From an uncultured Candidatus Saccharibacteria bacterium (GTDB lineage Bacteria > Patescibacteriota > Minisyncoccia > Phycocordibacterales > UBA2100), in contig CAZWFX010000002.1 in assembly GCA_964633425.1 (NCBI GenBank), positions 11,373 through 75,372 on the forward strand: a DNA stretch of 64,000 nt, written 5' to 3'. Under the pieces are notes generated by a model, which was not told the DNA's origin, searched no databases, and worked only from the letters and a program-made list of their open reading frames with translations. Below, one piece after another: positions 36,363 to 45,963 of this stretch. The stretch's first letter is position 1, and each line of letters begins with the position of its first letter. The position numbers were made by a program, and so were the translations under genes.

Positions 36363-37235
36363 CTAGGCGACCGAGATCTTTACGCTGGTTTCGCCGTGGT
36401 GCGTACCTCCCTGCGCACTCTTCTGTCGCAACAGCTCGAGCCCGCCATGTAACCCGCCCACATCGCCGAGCGCTGAATGCACGATCTCGGGCGTGACCGG
36501 GAATTTCGTCATGATCTTTTGGACATGTGCGGCGACCGAAGGAACCGGAATACCTACCTCGTTGAACATAGAGCCACCAAGAACGACGCGATTCGGTGAC
36601 CAATGAACAATCGTATTGTGTATGCCGTAGGCCAGAATCTCTGCAAGCTCCTCCCACAGCGGATCGTCCTTCGGGATCTCACGCGGCGGTTTACCGAACG
36701 CCTTTGCAACCGCAGTTCCCGATACCATGTCTTCGAGTGTGAGGCGCGGCTCCTCTACCGTCATGAATTGACCGCCGATCTCAAAACCCTCGGCCGTGCG
36801 GTCGATCTTGCCGTCCACGATGCGTACCCCGTTCACGCCGGTCGATACCGTCACATACGCAACGATCGATGATCCTGCACCGGCGCCTGCGACTGCTTCG
36901 CCCAGACCGACGAGTGCGACGTCATTTTCCAGATACACGCTCGTACCATTGAGAGCGCGCTCTACGTCGTCTGCGACTGCGCGCCCGTCCCAATGGAGGT
37001 GCGGTGTTTTGAACACACTTCGTTTATCCGCCGAGAGCGGGCCCGCGATGCCGATCGCAACACCGTCGATCTTCGTACCGGCGCCTATCAGGTCGTGCAC
37101 CGTCGTCATGATCTGTTCGATACCCGCGGGGTATTCCTGCGGTGTCGGCTGAATGACCGGCTCCGAGAATGACTTCAGATCATCGCTCTTGGCGATGCGC
37201 ATCTTTGAACCGCCAATGTCTGCGACGATGAACAT
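36363..37235 (-). CDS. ROK-family sugar kinase (glucokinase-like)
   Basis: MFIVADIGGSKMR, AIGIAGP, ENDVALVGLGE, VTVSTGVNG. Confidence 0.75.
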   Translation of the reverse strand: MFIVADIGGSKMRIAKSDDLKSFSEPVIQPTPQEYPAGIEQIMTTVHDLIGAGTKIDGVAIGIAGPLSADKRSVFKTPHLHWDGRAVADDVERALNGTSVYLENDVALVGLGEAVAGAGAGSSIVAYVTVSTGVNGVRIVDGKIDRTAEGFEIGGQFMTVEEPRLTLEDMVSGTAVAKAFGKPPREIPKDDPLWEELAEILAYGIHNTIVHWSPNRVVLGGSMFNEVGIPVPSVAAHVQKIMTKFPVTPEIVHSALGDVGGLHGGLELLRQKSAQGGTHHGETSVKISVA

Positions 37236-37237
37236 AC

Positions 37238-37831
37238 CTATTGTGCGAAGGGCAATCCGCCGAAATCGGACTGACGAACTTCCGTATAGAGCGGATTCTT
37301 TACGAGTGCCGGCGAGCCGTTCTGCTCGACCACGTAGTATGCAAAGCCGCGCATTTTCTGGATCGCGGAATAATCTGCGTGCCCCGGCATCGACGCCGAG
37401 TCACCGGCTTCGGCGACCGGCGAATCGTCTGTGGTCACGAACCATTCGTGCCCGGTATTGATGCCGAGATGGCCGTACTCCGGCGGCATGTAGACGGAGT
37501 CGCCAGCGCGCACGCGGATCACCTTGAACTCCTCGATCACGTCCGGGACCGGCACTCCGTTTTGCGTTGCCATTTTCTGCTGGAGAATGACACCCTCGCC
37601 CTGTACGACCCAGTAGGTCTCGTCGAGTGCACCGACATGGTAGTGCCCGTAGGTCTTGATGTATTCCCCGCCGATCGTGCCGCTCTCCCACACGGTTACA
37701 TTCTTCTTGTTCTTGCCGCCGCGGATCATGTAGTAGTGCACCGCAGGCCCCGGAGCGTCCGGATGCATTAAGACCTCACGCATTTTCTCGTGAGTGCGAC
37801 CTGCGTAGGGCTGAAACTCTGCAAATTCCAT
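37238..37831 (-). CDS. cupin-type (archaeal-type) glucose-6-phosphate isomerase
   Basis: TYGHYHVGALDETY and PPEYGHLGIN match the remembered cPGI signatures (TxGHxH...ExY; PPx3Hx3N). 197 aa. The ROK gene follows 2 nt downstream. Confidence 0.75.
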   Translation of the reverse strand: MEFAEFQPYAGRTHEKMREVLMHPDAPGPAVHYYMIRGGKNKKNVTVWESGTIGGEYIKTYGHYHVGALDETYWVVQGEGVILQQKMATQNGVPVPDVIEEFKVIRVRAGDSVYMPPEYGHLGINTGHEWFVTTDDSPVAEAGDSASMPGHADYSAIQKMRGFAYYVVEQNGSPALVKNPLYTEVRQSDFGGLPFAQ

Positions 37832-37858
37832 ACAATAATTGTATCAGGAGAACATTCT

Positions 37859-39820
37859 TTATAATCCGAGATCTTCGGCTTTCGCGAGATACTGCAGCAC
37901 CGCCGTCACGTACGAGGCATGAGCCCAGGTAAGCGGTGTCGCGCCGATCTGCAAGCCGGTGTCGGGATGCATCTGTTCGGAAAGCACACCGCTCGGTTGT
38001 GCATGTCGTACGACCCACGAGAATATATCGCGCACACGAGCGAGATCATGCGATTCTTTTGCCTTCGCAATGAGGTATTCGGCATAGAAAAGTGTCGTGA
38101 TCACCCACGGATTGCCCGGGGCGGTATTCACCACACGGTAGTAATCGTCGTCATCAAAACGCGCGATCCCCCCTGCCGGTATGCCGTGCGAGAGCACTCG
38201 CACTGAGGTCTCGAACGCGCGCTCCAGGCGCGGATCATCCACCGGCAGGACCCCGAAGCTGAAGATTCCGTACGCGCTCGAGATATCGACCGTGCGGTCG
38301 AACGAAACGCCGTCGCGCCCGCGCACGAGCATGTTCACGAATATACCCGCCTTCTCATCCCAGAGATGCTTGAGGATAGCTTCGCGGATCTCTTCGGCGG
38401 CTTTTTCATAGATATCGGCATTCGCATCGCGACCGAGGATCTTCGAGAGTTCGTGTGCGGCCTTCAGAGCACCGAAGACCGTAGACGATGTGTACGTAGA
38501 GATGCCGCGCTTTCGCTCCCACAGGTCGTACGAAGCATCGGGCAGGCCCGTCTGTTCGTCGCGGTAGCGCACCAGGAAGTTCGCAGCTTTCTCGACAAGC
38601 GGCGCATACATGCGTTCCAAGAATTCGAGATCCTTACTCTGCATGTAGTGTTCGTACATCGCCCAGATGACGAGCGCCGTCTCGTCTTCCTGGATCGGCA
38701 GCTGTACCTGTCCGTCTTTGAGCCACGGATGCCATGAAGACCCGAGCGAAGAATCCGGCAGATATTTGTGCATGAGATACCCCTTGTCATTGATGACCCC
38801 GGTGCAGAATTCGAAGAACCGGCGCGAGATGTGCGTATCCCCCGCCATGTCGAGCGCGCGCGCTACGTATGCGCTGTCACGCGGCCACATGTACGAATAC
38901 GTATCGAGTCCGTACTGCAACATATCGGAGTCGATCGATGCGATGATGGCGCCGTCCTTGTCGACATGCGCGCGCATGAACATAAGCGAGCGTTTGAACA
39001 AGGTCACCTGCTCGGGAGAGAGGTCCCGAAAATTCCACTGGTAGGCGTTCACCCACGCATGCCAGAAGTTGAGCGTCTCTTTGATGATCTTCTCCGGGGT
39101 CTTCTTATCAATGAAATCCTGGAGTTCGTGTGCTTCACGGATCGACTTCGCAGCCGCGAGCGTGTAGTACGCAGTGCGCGATTGTCCGGGCGCGTAGGAG
39201 GCGTAAAGCCCCATCACGGAATCCGCCGGTCCGTGCTCGATCGGGTTCTTCGTGAGCTCGCCGTCGTCTGCATCGCGATGCGACCCTTCCTTGCCCTGAA
39301 AATTCGCGCGCCCCATCACGTAGTCCCCGAATCGCTCGCCGTCGAGCGAGCCCGACATAATGAAAACGCGGTGGCCCTTGTAGTGAATGATCGTGTGCGT
39401 GGTCGGATCGAAGTAGGCGGTATCGGATCCGTGTGATTTATAGATCTCGAATTGGTGCCCGAAATAGAGCTTGATGACCCGGTTCTGGTCGCCGCGGTTC
39501 GTAACAGAAACGCGACGCACAAGTATCGGTTTTTCGTGATACACCACGTCGTGGAGCGTGATCTCTACGCGTAGCTCGTTGTTCACTGCGACCGTGGTGC
39601 CGGCAAGCGCATCTGTCTCGCTCCCGACACGGATCTCCCATCCCGAATTATCGCCGAACCACGAGATGCGTCCGTCCACCCACACACCGACGCGGTGAAT
39701 ATAGTGACCGCGCACATGATCTTCGAGCCCGACGTGCGGATAGTAGATGTCCCGAATGAGCGCATTGTGATCGAATGCGATACAGAGCTCTCCGTTTGAT
39801 AGGACCATTGATCTCGACAT
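37859..39820 (-). CDS. glycoside hydrolase family 15 (glucoamylase/glucodextranase-like), full length with N-terminal beta domain
   Basis: 653 aa: YMWPRDSAY, LWERKRG, FGVLP, NPWVITTLF, LSEQ. Confidence 0.85.
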   Translation of the reverse strand: MSRSMVLSNGELCIAFDHNALIRDIYYPHVGLEDHVRGHYIHRVGVWVDGRISWFGDNSGWEIRVGSETDALAGTTVAVNNELRVEITLHDVVYHEKPILVRRVSVTNRGDQNRVIKLYFGHQFEIYKSHGSDTAYFDPTTHTIIHYKGHRVFIMSGSLDGERFGDYVMGRANFQGKEGSHRDADDGELTKNPIEHGPADSVMGLYASYAPGQSRTAYYTLAAAKSIREAHELQDFIDKKTPEKIIKETLNFWHAWVNAYQWNFRDLSPEQVTLFKRSLMFMRAHVDKDGAIIASIDSDMLQYGLDTYSYMWPRDSAYVARALDMAGDTHISRRFFEFCTGVINDKGYLMHKYLPDSSLGSSWHPWLKDGQVQLPIQEDETALVIWAMYEHYMQSKDLEFLERMYAPLVEKAANFLVRYRDEQTGLPDASYDLWERKRGISTYTSSTVFGALKAAHELSKILGRDANADIYEKAAEEIREAILKHLWDEKAGIFVNMLVRGRDGVSFDRTVDISSAYGIFSFGVLPVDDPRLERAFETSVRVLSHGIPAGGIARFDDDDYYRVVNTAPGNPWVITTLFYAEYLIAKAKESHDLARVRDIFSWVVRHAQPSGVLSEQMHPDTGLQIGATPLTWAHASYVTAVLQYLAKAEDLGL

Positions 39821-39843
39821 ATTCGTATGCGGCGTACGCCGGT

Positions 39844-41040
39844 CTACTTCTGCACTTTCTGCACGCGAAGTCGGAGGTCGGAGAGCGCATTCATGTACGC
39901 AATGTATGCATCGTACGGCGATTCATAGGGCGAGAAGTACGCGTGTACGTCGCCGTCTGCGGACCACTTGGTGCACATATAGTAGAAGTGGTCGGATGTC
40001 TGGAGCTTGCGCCAGTCCTCCAATAGTCTGCCGTCGTTGGCGAGCAACACATCCGGTTCGAGCGAGTACACCGCCTCAATTGCAGCACGCTGCATCGGGT
40101 TCCCCACCCATGCGGTGAGATCGCGATCGGTGTCCGCCCACGTGACGATGTGCGGCATATCTACCTGATCGCGCGGTTCGTAGCGCTGGATCACCTGTGA
40201 CGGTGTGTGGAATCCGATATCCGGATTCTTATAGACCTCTTCCGGCAATTTATCGAGGAACGCGAAGATGCCGGAATCTTCCCACTGGTGTTCGCCGAAG
40301 GTCTCGTAGTCCATGAACAAATTGATCGTGTCGCCATCCGCGGCGGAGAGCCATTGACCGAACTTCTCTGCGGTAAGCGGCCACTCGGTCCACTCGCGTG
40401 ACGAAAATCGGAATGCGACGTCGTCGGAGAGACGGTAATTCTTCATCAACAGTCGCGTATTGTTCGCGCCCTGCGGCATGTATACGTAGTTCGGTGATCG
40501 CCAGCCCAGGATCGGATCCCATCCCTCGGAAATGACTCCTGCGTAGCCCTGAGAATCTGCCCAGTGTGCAAGGTCGTTGCGGTACGAGAGCTCAGTGTTG
40601 CGGAACACGCGCGGTCGTACGCCAAAAATGCGGCGGATGATCTCGCGGTGCTTGGTGACCTGTCGCTCGAATTCAGCCGGCGAATAGAAGAATGCGAGGC
40701 TGTGGTAGTAGGTCTCTCCGAGGACCTCCGCGCGGCCTGTCTCGACTACCTTTTTGAACAGATCAAGCGCTTCCGGGGCGTATCGCTCTAATTGCTCGAG
40801 CGCGATACCGGAGAATGAAAAGCTGACATGGAACTCAGGGTGTCGCTGCATGAGTTCGAGCAACAATCGTGTTGCAGGAATGTAGGATTTATTCGCAACT
40901 TTCTCGACGATCTTCCTATTATTGAGGCTCGTGTCCGAGCGGTCATTGAAATATTCGGGATCGTTTCCGATATCGAATACACGATACTTCTTGACCCGGT
41001 ATGGCTGGTGTACTTGGAAATAAAAACAGACAGACTTCAT
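39844..41040 (-). CDS. glycoside hydrolase family 57 (alpha-amylase/glucanotransferase-like)
   Basis: MKSVCFYFQVHQPYR start typical of GH57; DYETFGEHQWE. Confidence 0.8.
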   Translation of the reverse strand: MKSVCFYFQVHQPYRVKKYRVFDIGNDPEYFNDRSDTSLNNRKIVEKVANKSYIPATRLLLELMQRHPEFHVSFSFSGIALEQLERYAPEALDLFKKVVETGRAEVLGETYYHSLAFFYSPAEFERQVTKHREIIRRIFGVRPRVFRNTELSYRNDLAHWADSQGYAGVISEGWDPILGWRSPNYVYMPQGANNTRLLMKNYRLSDDVAFRFSSREWTEWPLTAEKFGQWLSAADGDTINLFMDYETFGEHQWEDSGIFAFLDKLPEEVYKNPDIGFHTPSQVIQRYEPRDQVDMPHIVTWADTDRDLTAWVGNPMQRAAIEAVYSLEPDVLLANDGRLLEDWRKLQTSDHFYYMCTKWSADGDVHAYFSPYESPYDAYIAYMNALSDLRLRVQKVQK

Positions 41041-41153
41041 ACGTAGGAGTTCGCACATTATACCGCGCAAAATCACGCTCGATTGTGGATGCAGTGGAGA
41101 ACTTTATGAAGACTGCTATAGTCACGGTCGGAATATCAGCAACGGAGGGATCC

Positions 41154-41606
41154 ATGAGCGAAGCTGAAAAGAAACTCACCTTCTCTGATGTCGAGAGGCT
41201 GCTTCGAGCCGATCCGGAGGAACGACAGGCTGAGGAGCCTGTCCGAGACCACCGGATCGTCGCCGGTCTCTTGTTCGCACGGTACAACGACGGCAGTACG
41301 CGTCACCTCCTCACCGGGAGAAGCGGTCCTCCGCTCGTCGTGGTGCATTGGGGCGCGGGCTGGAACCCGTTCGACGACGCCGAGATCGAGGTCGATCCCG
41401 CTGCGGTCGAGTTTCTCTTGAACGGTCGGTACCTCGAAGGGACGCCCGAATGGGGTCGGACCGATATGACCAAGTTGCGTCTGAGCCAATCCGGCATGCG
41501 CGAGCTCCTGCAGAAGTGGGTCGGGGGCGGAACGCTCCACGACTTCTTCCAAGCGGGCGGCTCGCTCGATATGAGCGACGGCCGTGCGCACTGGCCGAGG
41601 AATTAA
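41154..41606 (+). CDS. hypothetical protein, 150 aa
   Basis: GGAGG lies 7 nt before ATG 41154, and a terminator follows at 41628. The antisense ORF 41136..41621 has neither signal. Confidence 0.45.
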   Translation: MSEAEKKLTFSDVERLLRADPEERQAEEPVRDHRIVAGLLFARYNDGSTRHLLTGRSGPPLVVVHWGAGWNPFDDAEIEVDPAAVEFLLNGRYLEGTPEWGRTDMTKLRLSQSGMRELLQKWVGGGTLHDFFQAGGSLDMSDGRAHWPRN

Positions 41607-41627
41607 TACCGGACTATTCAAACGATC

Positions 41628-41655
41628 GAGGACCCCGCCGGGGTCCTCTTCTTTT
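41628..41655. terminator. terminator between convergent genes
   Basis: gaggaccc-cgccg-gggtcctc followed by ttctttt. Confidence 0.65.
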
Positions 41656-42865
41656 AGTGGACGAGCTCGCGGACGATGCCGTCTACCTTTTTTGCGGCGT
41701 CGGCCCAGGTGATGCGGTCGGCCTCTTCGCGCGCATAATCAGAAAGTGTCTCCTTGAGCCCCGGGTAGCCTACGATCGCAAGGATCTTGTTTGCCATTTC
41801 ATCAACGTCCCAGAAATCGATCTTCATCGCGTGCTGCACGATCTCTGAAACTCCCGACTGTTTTGATATCAAAACGGGAGTGCCCAGCTTCATTGCCTCG
41901 AGCGGAGTGATACCGAACGGTTCTGAAACTGAGGGCATCACGAAGAGATCCGACGAGGCATACATCTCGTGACGATCACCACCCGCAAGGAATCCGGTGA
42001 ACAGTACGTTTTGTGAAATATTGAGATCTGCCGCGAGCTTCATCATGCTCGCTTCCATATCACCCGAGCCTGCCACGACGAACATCACCTTCGGATTGCG
42101 CTGCAGCACACGCGCAGCTGCCCGTACGAAATAATCCGGCCCTTTCTGGATGGTGATACGCCCAAGAAAAAGCACGATCTTGTAGCCCGACGATTTCAAC
42201 GAGCGGAAACGGTTCCAGCCGGAACCGGACGGCTTCGTACTGTCGTCGATGCCGTTGTGTACCACACGTACTTTGCTCGCGGGGATCCCGTACTTCTCGA
42301 CGATGATCTGTTTGGTGAGCTCTGAAACCGCGATCACACGATCTGCCTCCATCATCCCCCACCGCTCGACGTTATAGACGTGCTGGTTCACATTCGGACC
42401 GCCGCAGCGATCGAATTCGGTGGCATGCACGTGCACGATGAGCGGTTTACCGGTGGCGTACTTCGCCTCGACTCCTGCGCCGAACGAAAGCCAGTCATGT
42501 GCGTAGATGATATCGAACTCCTCTTCCTGTGCGATCTCAGCACCCATCATTTTGTAGCGCTCGACTTCTTCGAAGAGGTCTCTGCCATAGATGGTGTTGC
42601 CGTCGACAGTGCGCTCGCGCAAATACGATTTGCTCGTCATGTACGGCTCGAGCACGGAATCGACGGAGCGGATCTTCACATCGGCGTTCTCCGCGAAGAT
42701 CATGCGGGCGTGCGGCGAGGATACCGCGAGCTTGCGCGGCATCACGAACGTGACCTTGAATCCGCGCTCAGAGAGTGATTTCGTAAGCCCCTGACATGCG
42801 ACTCCCAAACCACCGCTATTGAACGGCGGAAATTCCCACCCGAACATCAGAATGCGGGGCTTCAT
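41654..42865 (-). CDS. glycosyltransferase (GT4/GT5, glycogen/starch-synthase-like)
   Basis: MKPRILMFGWEFPPFNSGGLGVACQGL; C-terminal GT-B E-x7-E region (PSVSEPFGITPLEAM). Confidence 0.8.
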   Translation of the reverse strand: MKPRILMFGWEFPPFNSGGLGVACQGLTKSLSERGFKVTFVMPRKLAVSSPHARMIFAENADVKIRSVDSVLEPYMTSKSYLRERTVDGNTIYGRDLFEEVERYKMMGAEIAQEEEFDIIYAHDWLSFGAGVEAKYATGKPLIVHVHATEFDRCGGPNVNQHVYNVERWGMMEADRVIAVSELTKQIIVEKYGIPASKVRVVHNGIDDSTKPSGSGWNRFRSLKSSGYKIVLFLGRITIQKGPDYFVRAAARVLQRNPKVMFVVAGSGDMEASMMKLAADLNISQNVLFTGFLAGGDRHEMYASSDLFVMPSVSEPFGITPLEAMKLGTPVLISKQSGVSEIVQHAMKIDFWDVDEMANKILAIVGYPGLKETLSDYAREEADRITWADAAKKVDGIVRELVH

Positions 42866-42964
42866 GATTTCATTTTGTATGGTGTAATTCTACCACCGAC
42901 CTATCCCCGTTTTGGGGCTATCCCTGTGCATTTCTCTCGGGCCCCCGCGTGGTAGCCTGAGCCA

Positions 42965-43720
42965 ATGCAAATACCTAAAGCGGTGATATTCGACCTCGAC
43001 GAGACCCTTGCCGTAAGCTTCCAAGCCCCGAAACCGAGCATGCTGGAGCGCCTGGTACGCCTTCAGGCGCTCATCCCGGTCGCTATCATGAGCGGAGCCG
43101 GCTTCGACCGCATCCAGCGCGACGTAATCGCCCATATGCCGGAAGTCTCAGCGAACATGGCCCTCTTCCCAAATAGCTCCTCTCAGTGCTTTATGTACGA
43201 AAACGGTGCATGGAAGACGGTGTACAGCAATTTGATGACTCCCGAAGAGCGCACCAAGATCAAAGAGGTGCTCAATGCTGCACTTACGGAATTCGAGGAG
43301 CTGAGTTCCGCTCCGGTGTTCGGTGAGCGGATCATCGATCGCGAGGCGCAGATCGCCTTCACCGCCGTCGGCCAGGAAGCACCGGCTGATGTGAAGGCCT
43401 CGTGGGATCCGACATCAGAAAAACGACTGCGCGTGGCACGTGCACTGCGTGATCGACTGCCGGAGTTCGATATCTTGCTGGGTGGCGCGAGCACGATCGA
43501 CTTCACGCGCAAGGACACCAACAAATCGTACGGCGTTCGATGGTATGCCGACTACCTGAAAGCAAAGCCCGAAGAATTATTGTATGTGGGTGATGCACTG
43601 TATCCCGGCGGCAACGACGAAGTCGTCTTGGTAACCGGCATTCAGGCGCGCGCTGTAGCAAACCCCGAAGACACCGAGCGCGCCATTGATGAACTGCTCG
43701 CGGTGTGCGAGGCAAAATAA
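42965..43720 (+). CDS. HAD-IIB family hydrolase, paralogue of 23844..24566
   Basis: IFDLDETL, IMSGAG, YVGDALYPGGND. Confidence 0.75.
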   Translation: MQIPKAVIFDLDETLAVSFQAPKPSMLERLVRLQALIPVAIMSGAGFDRIQRDVIAHMPEVSANMALFPNSSSQCFMYENGAWKTVYSNLMTPEERTKIKEVLNAALTEFEELSSAPVFGERIIDREAQIAFTAVGQEAPADVKASWDPTSEKRLRVARALRDRLPEFDILLGGASTIDFTRKDTNKSYGVRWYADYLKAKPEELLYVGDALYPGGNDEVVLVTGIQARAVANPEDTERAIDELLAVCEAK

Positions 43721-43768
43721 AAGAAGTGCGGGCAACAGCGCCCGCACTCCGAATTCGATCACGTATGT

Positions 43769-44014
43769 TCATCGTCCCCGGCGATCCCGCAGAGTGGTGA
43801 CGAGCAGGAATCCAAGAATAAATACGGCCGCTGCGGCATAGCCGAGCATGTCCTTCGTCACGTTCGCGACGAGCCATCCGTAGAGGCCCGTATACTTCAC
43901 GACTGCGCTCCAAAAGACGATAGTGCCGAGCGCGATCACGAGGTAGACGAGAACGTTCCCCCAATCAATCGGCCTGTATTCGGGCATCTGGTGCATTCCC
44001 TCCCAGTTACGCAT
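43769..44014 (-). CDS. small membrane protein, 81 aa
   Basis: AGGAGAG lies 5 nt before ATG 44014. Two TM helices. The longer track ORF (to 44287) runs through the pilin terminator. Confidence 0.55.
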   Translation of the reverse strand: MRNWEGMHQMPEYRPIDWGNVLVYLVIALGTIVFWSAVVKYTGLYGWLVANVTKDMLGYAAAAVFILGFLLVTTLRDRRGR

Positions 44015-44075
44015 TACTCTCTCCTGCTGGTTACATCCCTTTTTCCGTCCGTTGACACATAACCATATTCGTGCC

Positions 44076-44110
44076 GAAAAAGCAAAACCCCGCCGTGTGG
44101 CGGGGTTTTG
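44076..44110 (-). terminator. rho-independent terminator of the pilin gene
   Basis: 12-bp stem caaaaccccgcc/ggcggggttttg followed on the minus strand by CTTTTTC. Confidence 0.7.
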
Positions 44111-44126
44111 CGAGGAGATTCGGGAT

Positions 44127-44600
44127 CTAGCGGGAGAGGCAGTACGAAGTGCTGCCGGGAATTGCAGTCTCCGCATGACCATCGGCGCAGATCGTATAGC
44201 GACCCGCCGTAACGCCAGAGGCACTGAGCGAAACCGTGTAATCGGTATCAGCATCGGTTCCCGTGGAAGGATCCTTCGGAATACCACCCGGAATGTACGT
44301 GCCTGTGAGGCATCCGAGGTTCGAATTACCCGAAGCAGTACCGATCGTTGTCGTAGCTGCTGCGATTGCAGTACCTATGCCTGAGCAAGTGAAAATACCC
44401 TTATTATCGGCAAGGTTCTGACCGATTCCGTTGAGGATGGTGTTCAGGTTTGATTCACGCTGCGAATTACGGGCCTGAGCGAATTGCCGAGCAGGGTTAA
44501 TGGCGATAAGCACAATTGCAGCCAAGATGGCGATGAGGCCGACTACCACGAGGATTTCGATAAGCGTAAATCCGCGGTTCGAATGCTTGGTAGACATCAT
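44127..44600 (-). CDS. type IV pilin / pseudopilin with prepilin N-terminal cleavage-methylation motif
   Basis: MMSTKHSNRG|FTLIEILVVVGLIAILAAIVLIAI; C-terminal Cys pairs. Confidence 0.85.
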   Translation of the reverse strand: MMSTKHSNRGFTLIEILVVVGLIAILAAIVLIAINPARQFAQARNSQRESNLNTILNGIGQNLADNKGIFTCSGIGTAIAAATTTIGTASGNSNLGCLTGTYIPGGIPKDPSTGTDADTDYTVSLSASGVTAGRYTICADGHAETAIPGSTSYCLSR

Positions 44601-44675
44601 AAGATGCGTGGTTTGTCGCGCGTGTAATCCAGCCACGCAGTTATACCACGCCGCACTAAGACAACAAGATTAAAG

Positions 44676-44700
44676 ACAAAGGCCGCAATGCGGCCTTTGT
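44676..44700. other. GC hairpin between transposase stop and pilin start
   Basis: acaaaggccgc-aat-gcggcctttgt followed by tttg. It could insulate the pilin gene from IS read-through, or be an IS-end structure. Confidence 0.5.
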
Positions 44701-45916
44701 TTTGACCGGCATAGTGAATTAGTTGTTAGATTCGGATGCGTTCGGGAAAGATGATGCTAAGTTGCGCAATGGCTTCACCCCATCCCCGAACTGCAGTGGT
44801 CCAATGCTGCGAAATCTGCGCTTGAGATAACCACAACAATTTCGTCAGAGCATCGTCGTGGGGAAAAACGCCTTTCGTCTTTGTAACTTTTCTAAACTGG
44901 CGGTTTAGATTCTCTATTGTATTGGTCGTGTAGATCATACGCCTAATTGGCTGCGGATAACTGAAGAAGCTTGCTAGCTCATCCCACCGCTTTTCCCAGC
45001 TTTTTAGCAATGGTTCGTATTGTGGCCAAAGCCCGATAAGATAATTAAGCGCAGCACGACCATCCGGTTCGTTGGCGGCGGTATAGACAGCCCGGAGATC
45101 ATCACAGAATCGCTTACGATCCTTGAGCGGAAGAAACATGACAGTGTGCCTGATCTGATGTGCGACACACACCTGAATGTCAGCCCGTGGGAATATAGTC
45201 CTTATTGCGTCTGGGAACCCCTTTAGTCCATCAACGCAGGTTATAAAGATATCTTCAACCCCACGATTTTTTATATCCGTCAGCACCGACATCCAGAATT
45301 TCGCACTTTCTCCGCCGTTACATACCCATATGCCGAGTAATTCCTTATGCCCGTACAAACTGATACCCAGAGCCACGTATACTACCTTCGTTACAATTCG
45401 ACCCGAGTCGCGAACTTTATAGTGGATCCCGTCAAAATAGACTATTGGGTAATTCGAATCGAGAACGCGCGATTGCCACTCTTGTACCAAGGGATAAACC
45501 TTATCTGTTATTGTCGACAGACTCGATTGATCTAGATGGTATTCGTGATGCAGCTTCATGTAGTTGGATATGTCCCGCGTTGACATTCCGCGTGAGTACA
45601 GATCCATAACTCGCGCCTCGTTCTCATCTGCCACCGCATCTGCCCACGGTGCAACGGGGATATCGCGTCCAGATGTCGGCTCCAGTACTACGTCGGAATT
45701 GCAATCCCCCTTCGCACTATCACCCTCAACTTCGCCAGATGTAATTCGCGATGCAAGAGCTGATAACAGCTCTTGCACTAAGAGCTGAATATCATCTGAA
45801 TTGTGGATGCCTTCAGCGAGGGAAGCTAATATTTGATCATCAATTTTTTTGTTCATATGACTTTTAATGCCGGCCATAGTTCTCGTAGCAAAAGCAAAAT
45901 GCGGAATTAATGAAAA
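44701..45916 (-). mobile_element. IS256-family insertion sequence (boundaries approximate; inverted repeats not resolved)
   Basis: Contains the transposase gene. The segment is visibly more AT-rich than its flanks and is bracketed by hairpins at 44676-44700 and 45917-45949. Confidence 0.55.
44726..45877 (-). CDS. IS256-family (Mutator-type) transposase
   Basis: VYFDGIHYKVR, CVDGLKGFPDAI, VCVAHQIRH, IYTTNTIENLNRQFRKVTK. The start is 45877 or 45856. Confidence 0.85.
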   Translation of the reverse strand: MAGIKSHMNKKIDDQILASLAEGIHNSDDIQLLVQELLSALASRITSGEVEGDSAKGDCNSDVVLEPTSGRDIPVAPWADAVADENEARVMDLYSRGMSTRDISNYMKLHHEYHLDQSSLSTITDKVYPLVQEWQSRVLDSNYPIVYFDGIHYKVRDSGRIVTKVVYVALGISLYGHKELLGIWVCNGGESAKFWMSVLTDIKNRGVEDIFITCVDGLKGFPDAIRTIFPRADIQVCVAHQIRHTVMFLPLKDRKRFCDDLRAVYTAANEPDGRAALNYLIGLWPQYEPLLKSWEKRWDELASFFSYPQPIRRMIYTTNTIENLNRQFRKVTKTKGVFPHDDALTKLLWLSQAQISQHWTTAVRGWGEAIAQLSIIFPERIRI

Positions 45917-45949
45917 GGAAAACACCGCCTTTTTTAGGCGGTGTTTTCC
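45905..45949 (-). terminator. rho-independent terminator of the 45964..46887 gene
   Basis: 13-bp stem ggaaaacaccgcc/ggcggtgttttcc, then TTTTC on the minus strand. Confidence 0.65.
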
Positions 45950-45963
45950 TGCACGAGACAACG

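Noticed and set aside
44573-44587. ggttcgaat string resembling a tRNA T-arm
   Set aside because: It lies inside the pilin coding sequence (it encodes …NRGFT… on the minus strand) and no acceptor or anticodon stems can be drawn. I found no tRNA-like cloverleaf in any intergenic spacer.
44701-45916. Terminal inverted repeats or target-site duplication of the IS256-family element
   Set aside because: Only weak matches were seen (ccggcat near 44706 and 45870), and the second falls inside the likely coding region. The ends therefore remain undefined rather than called.
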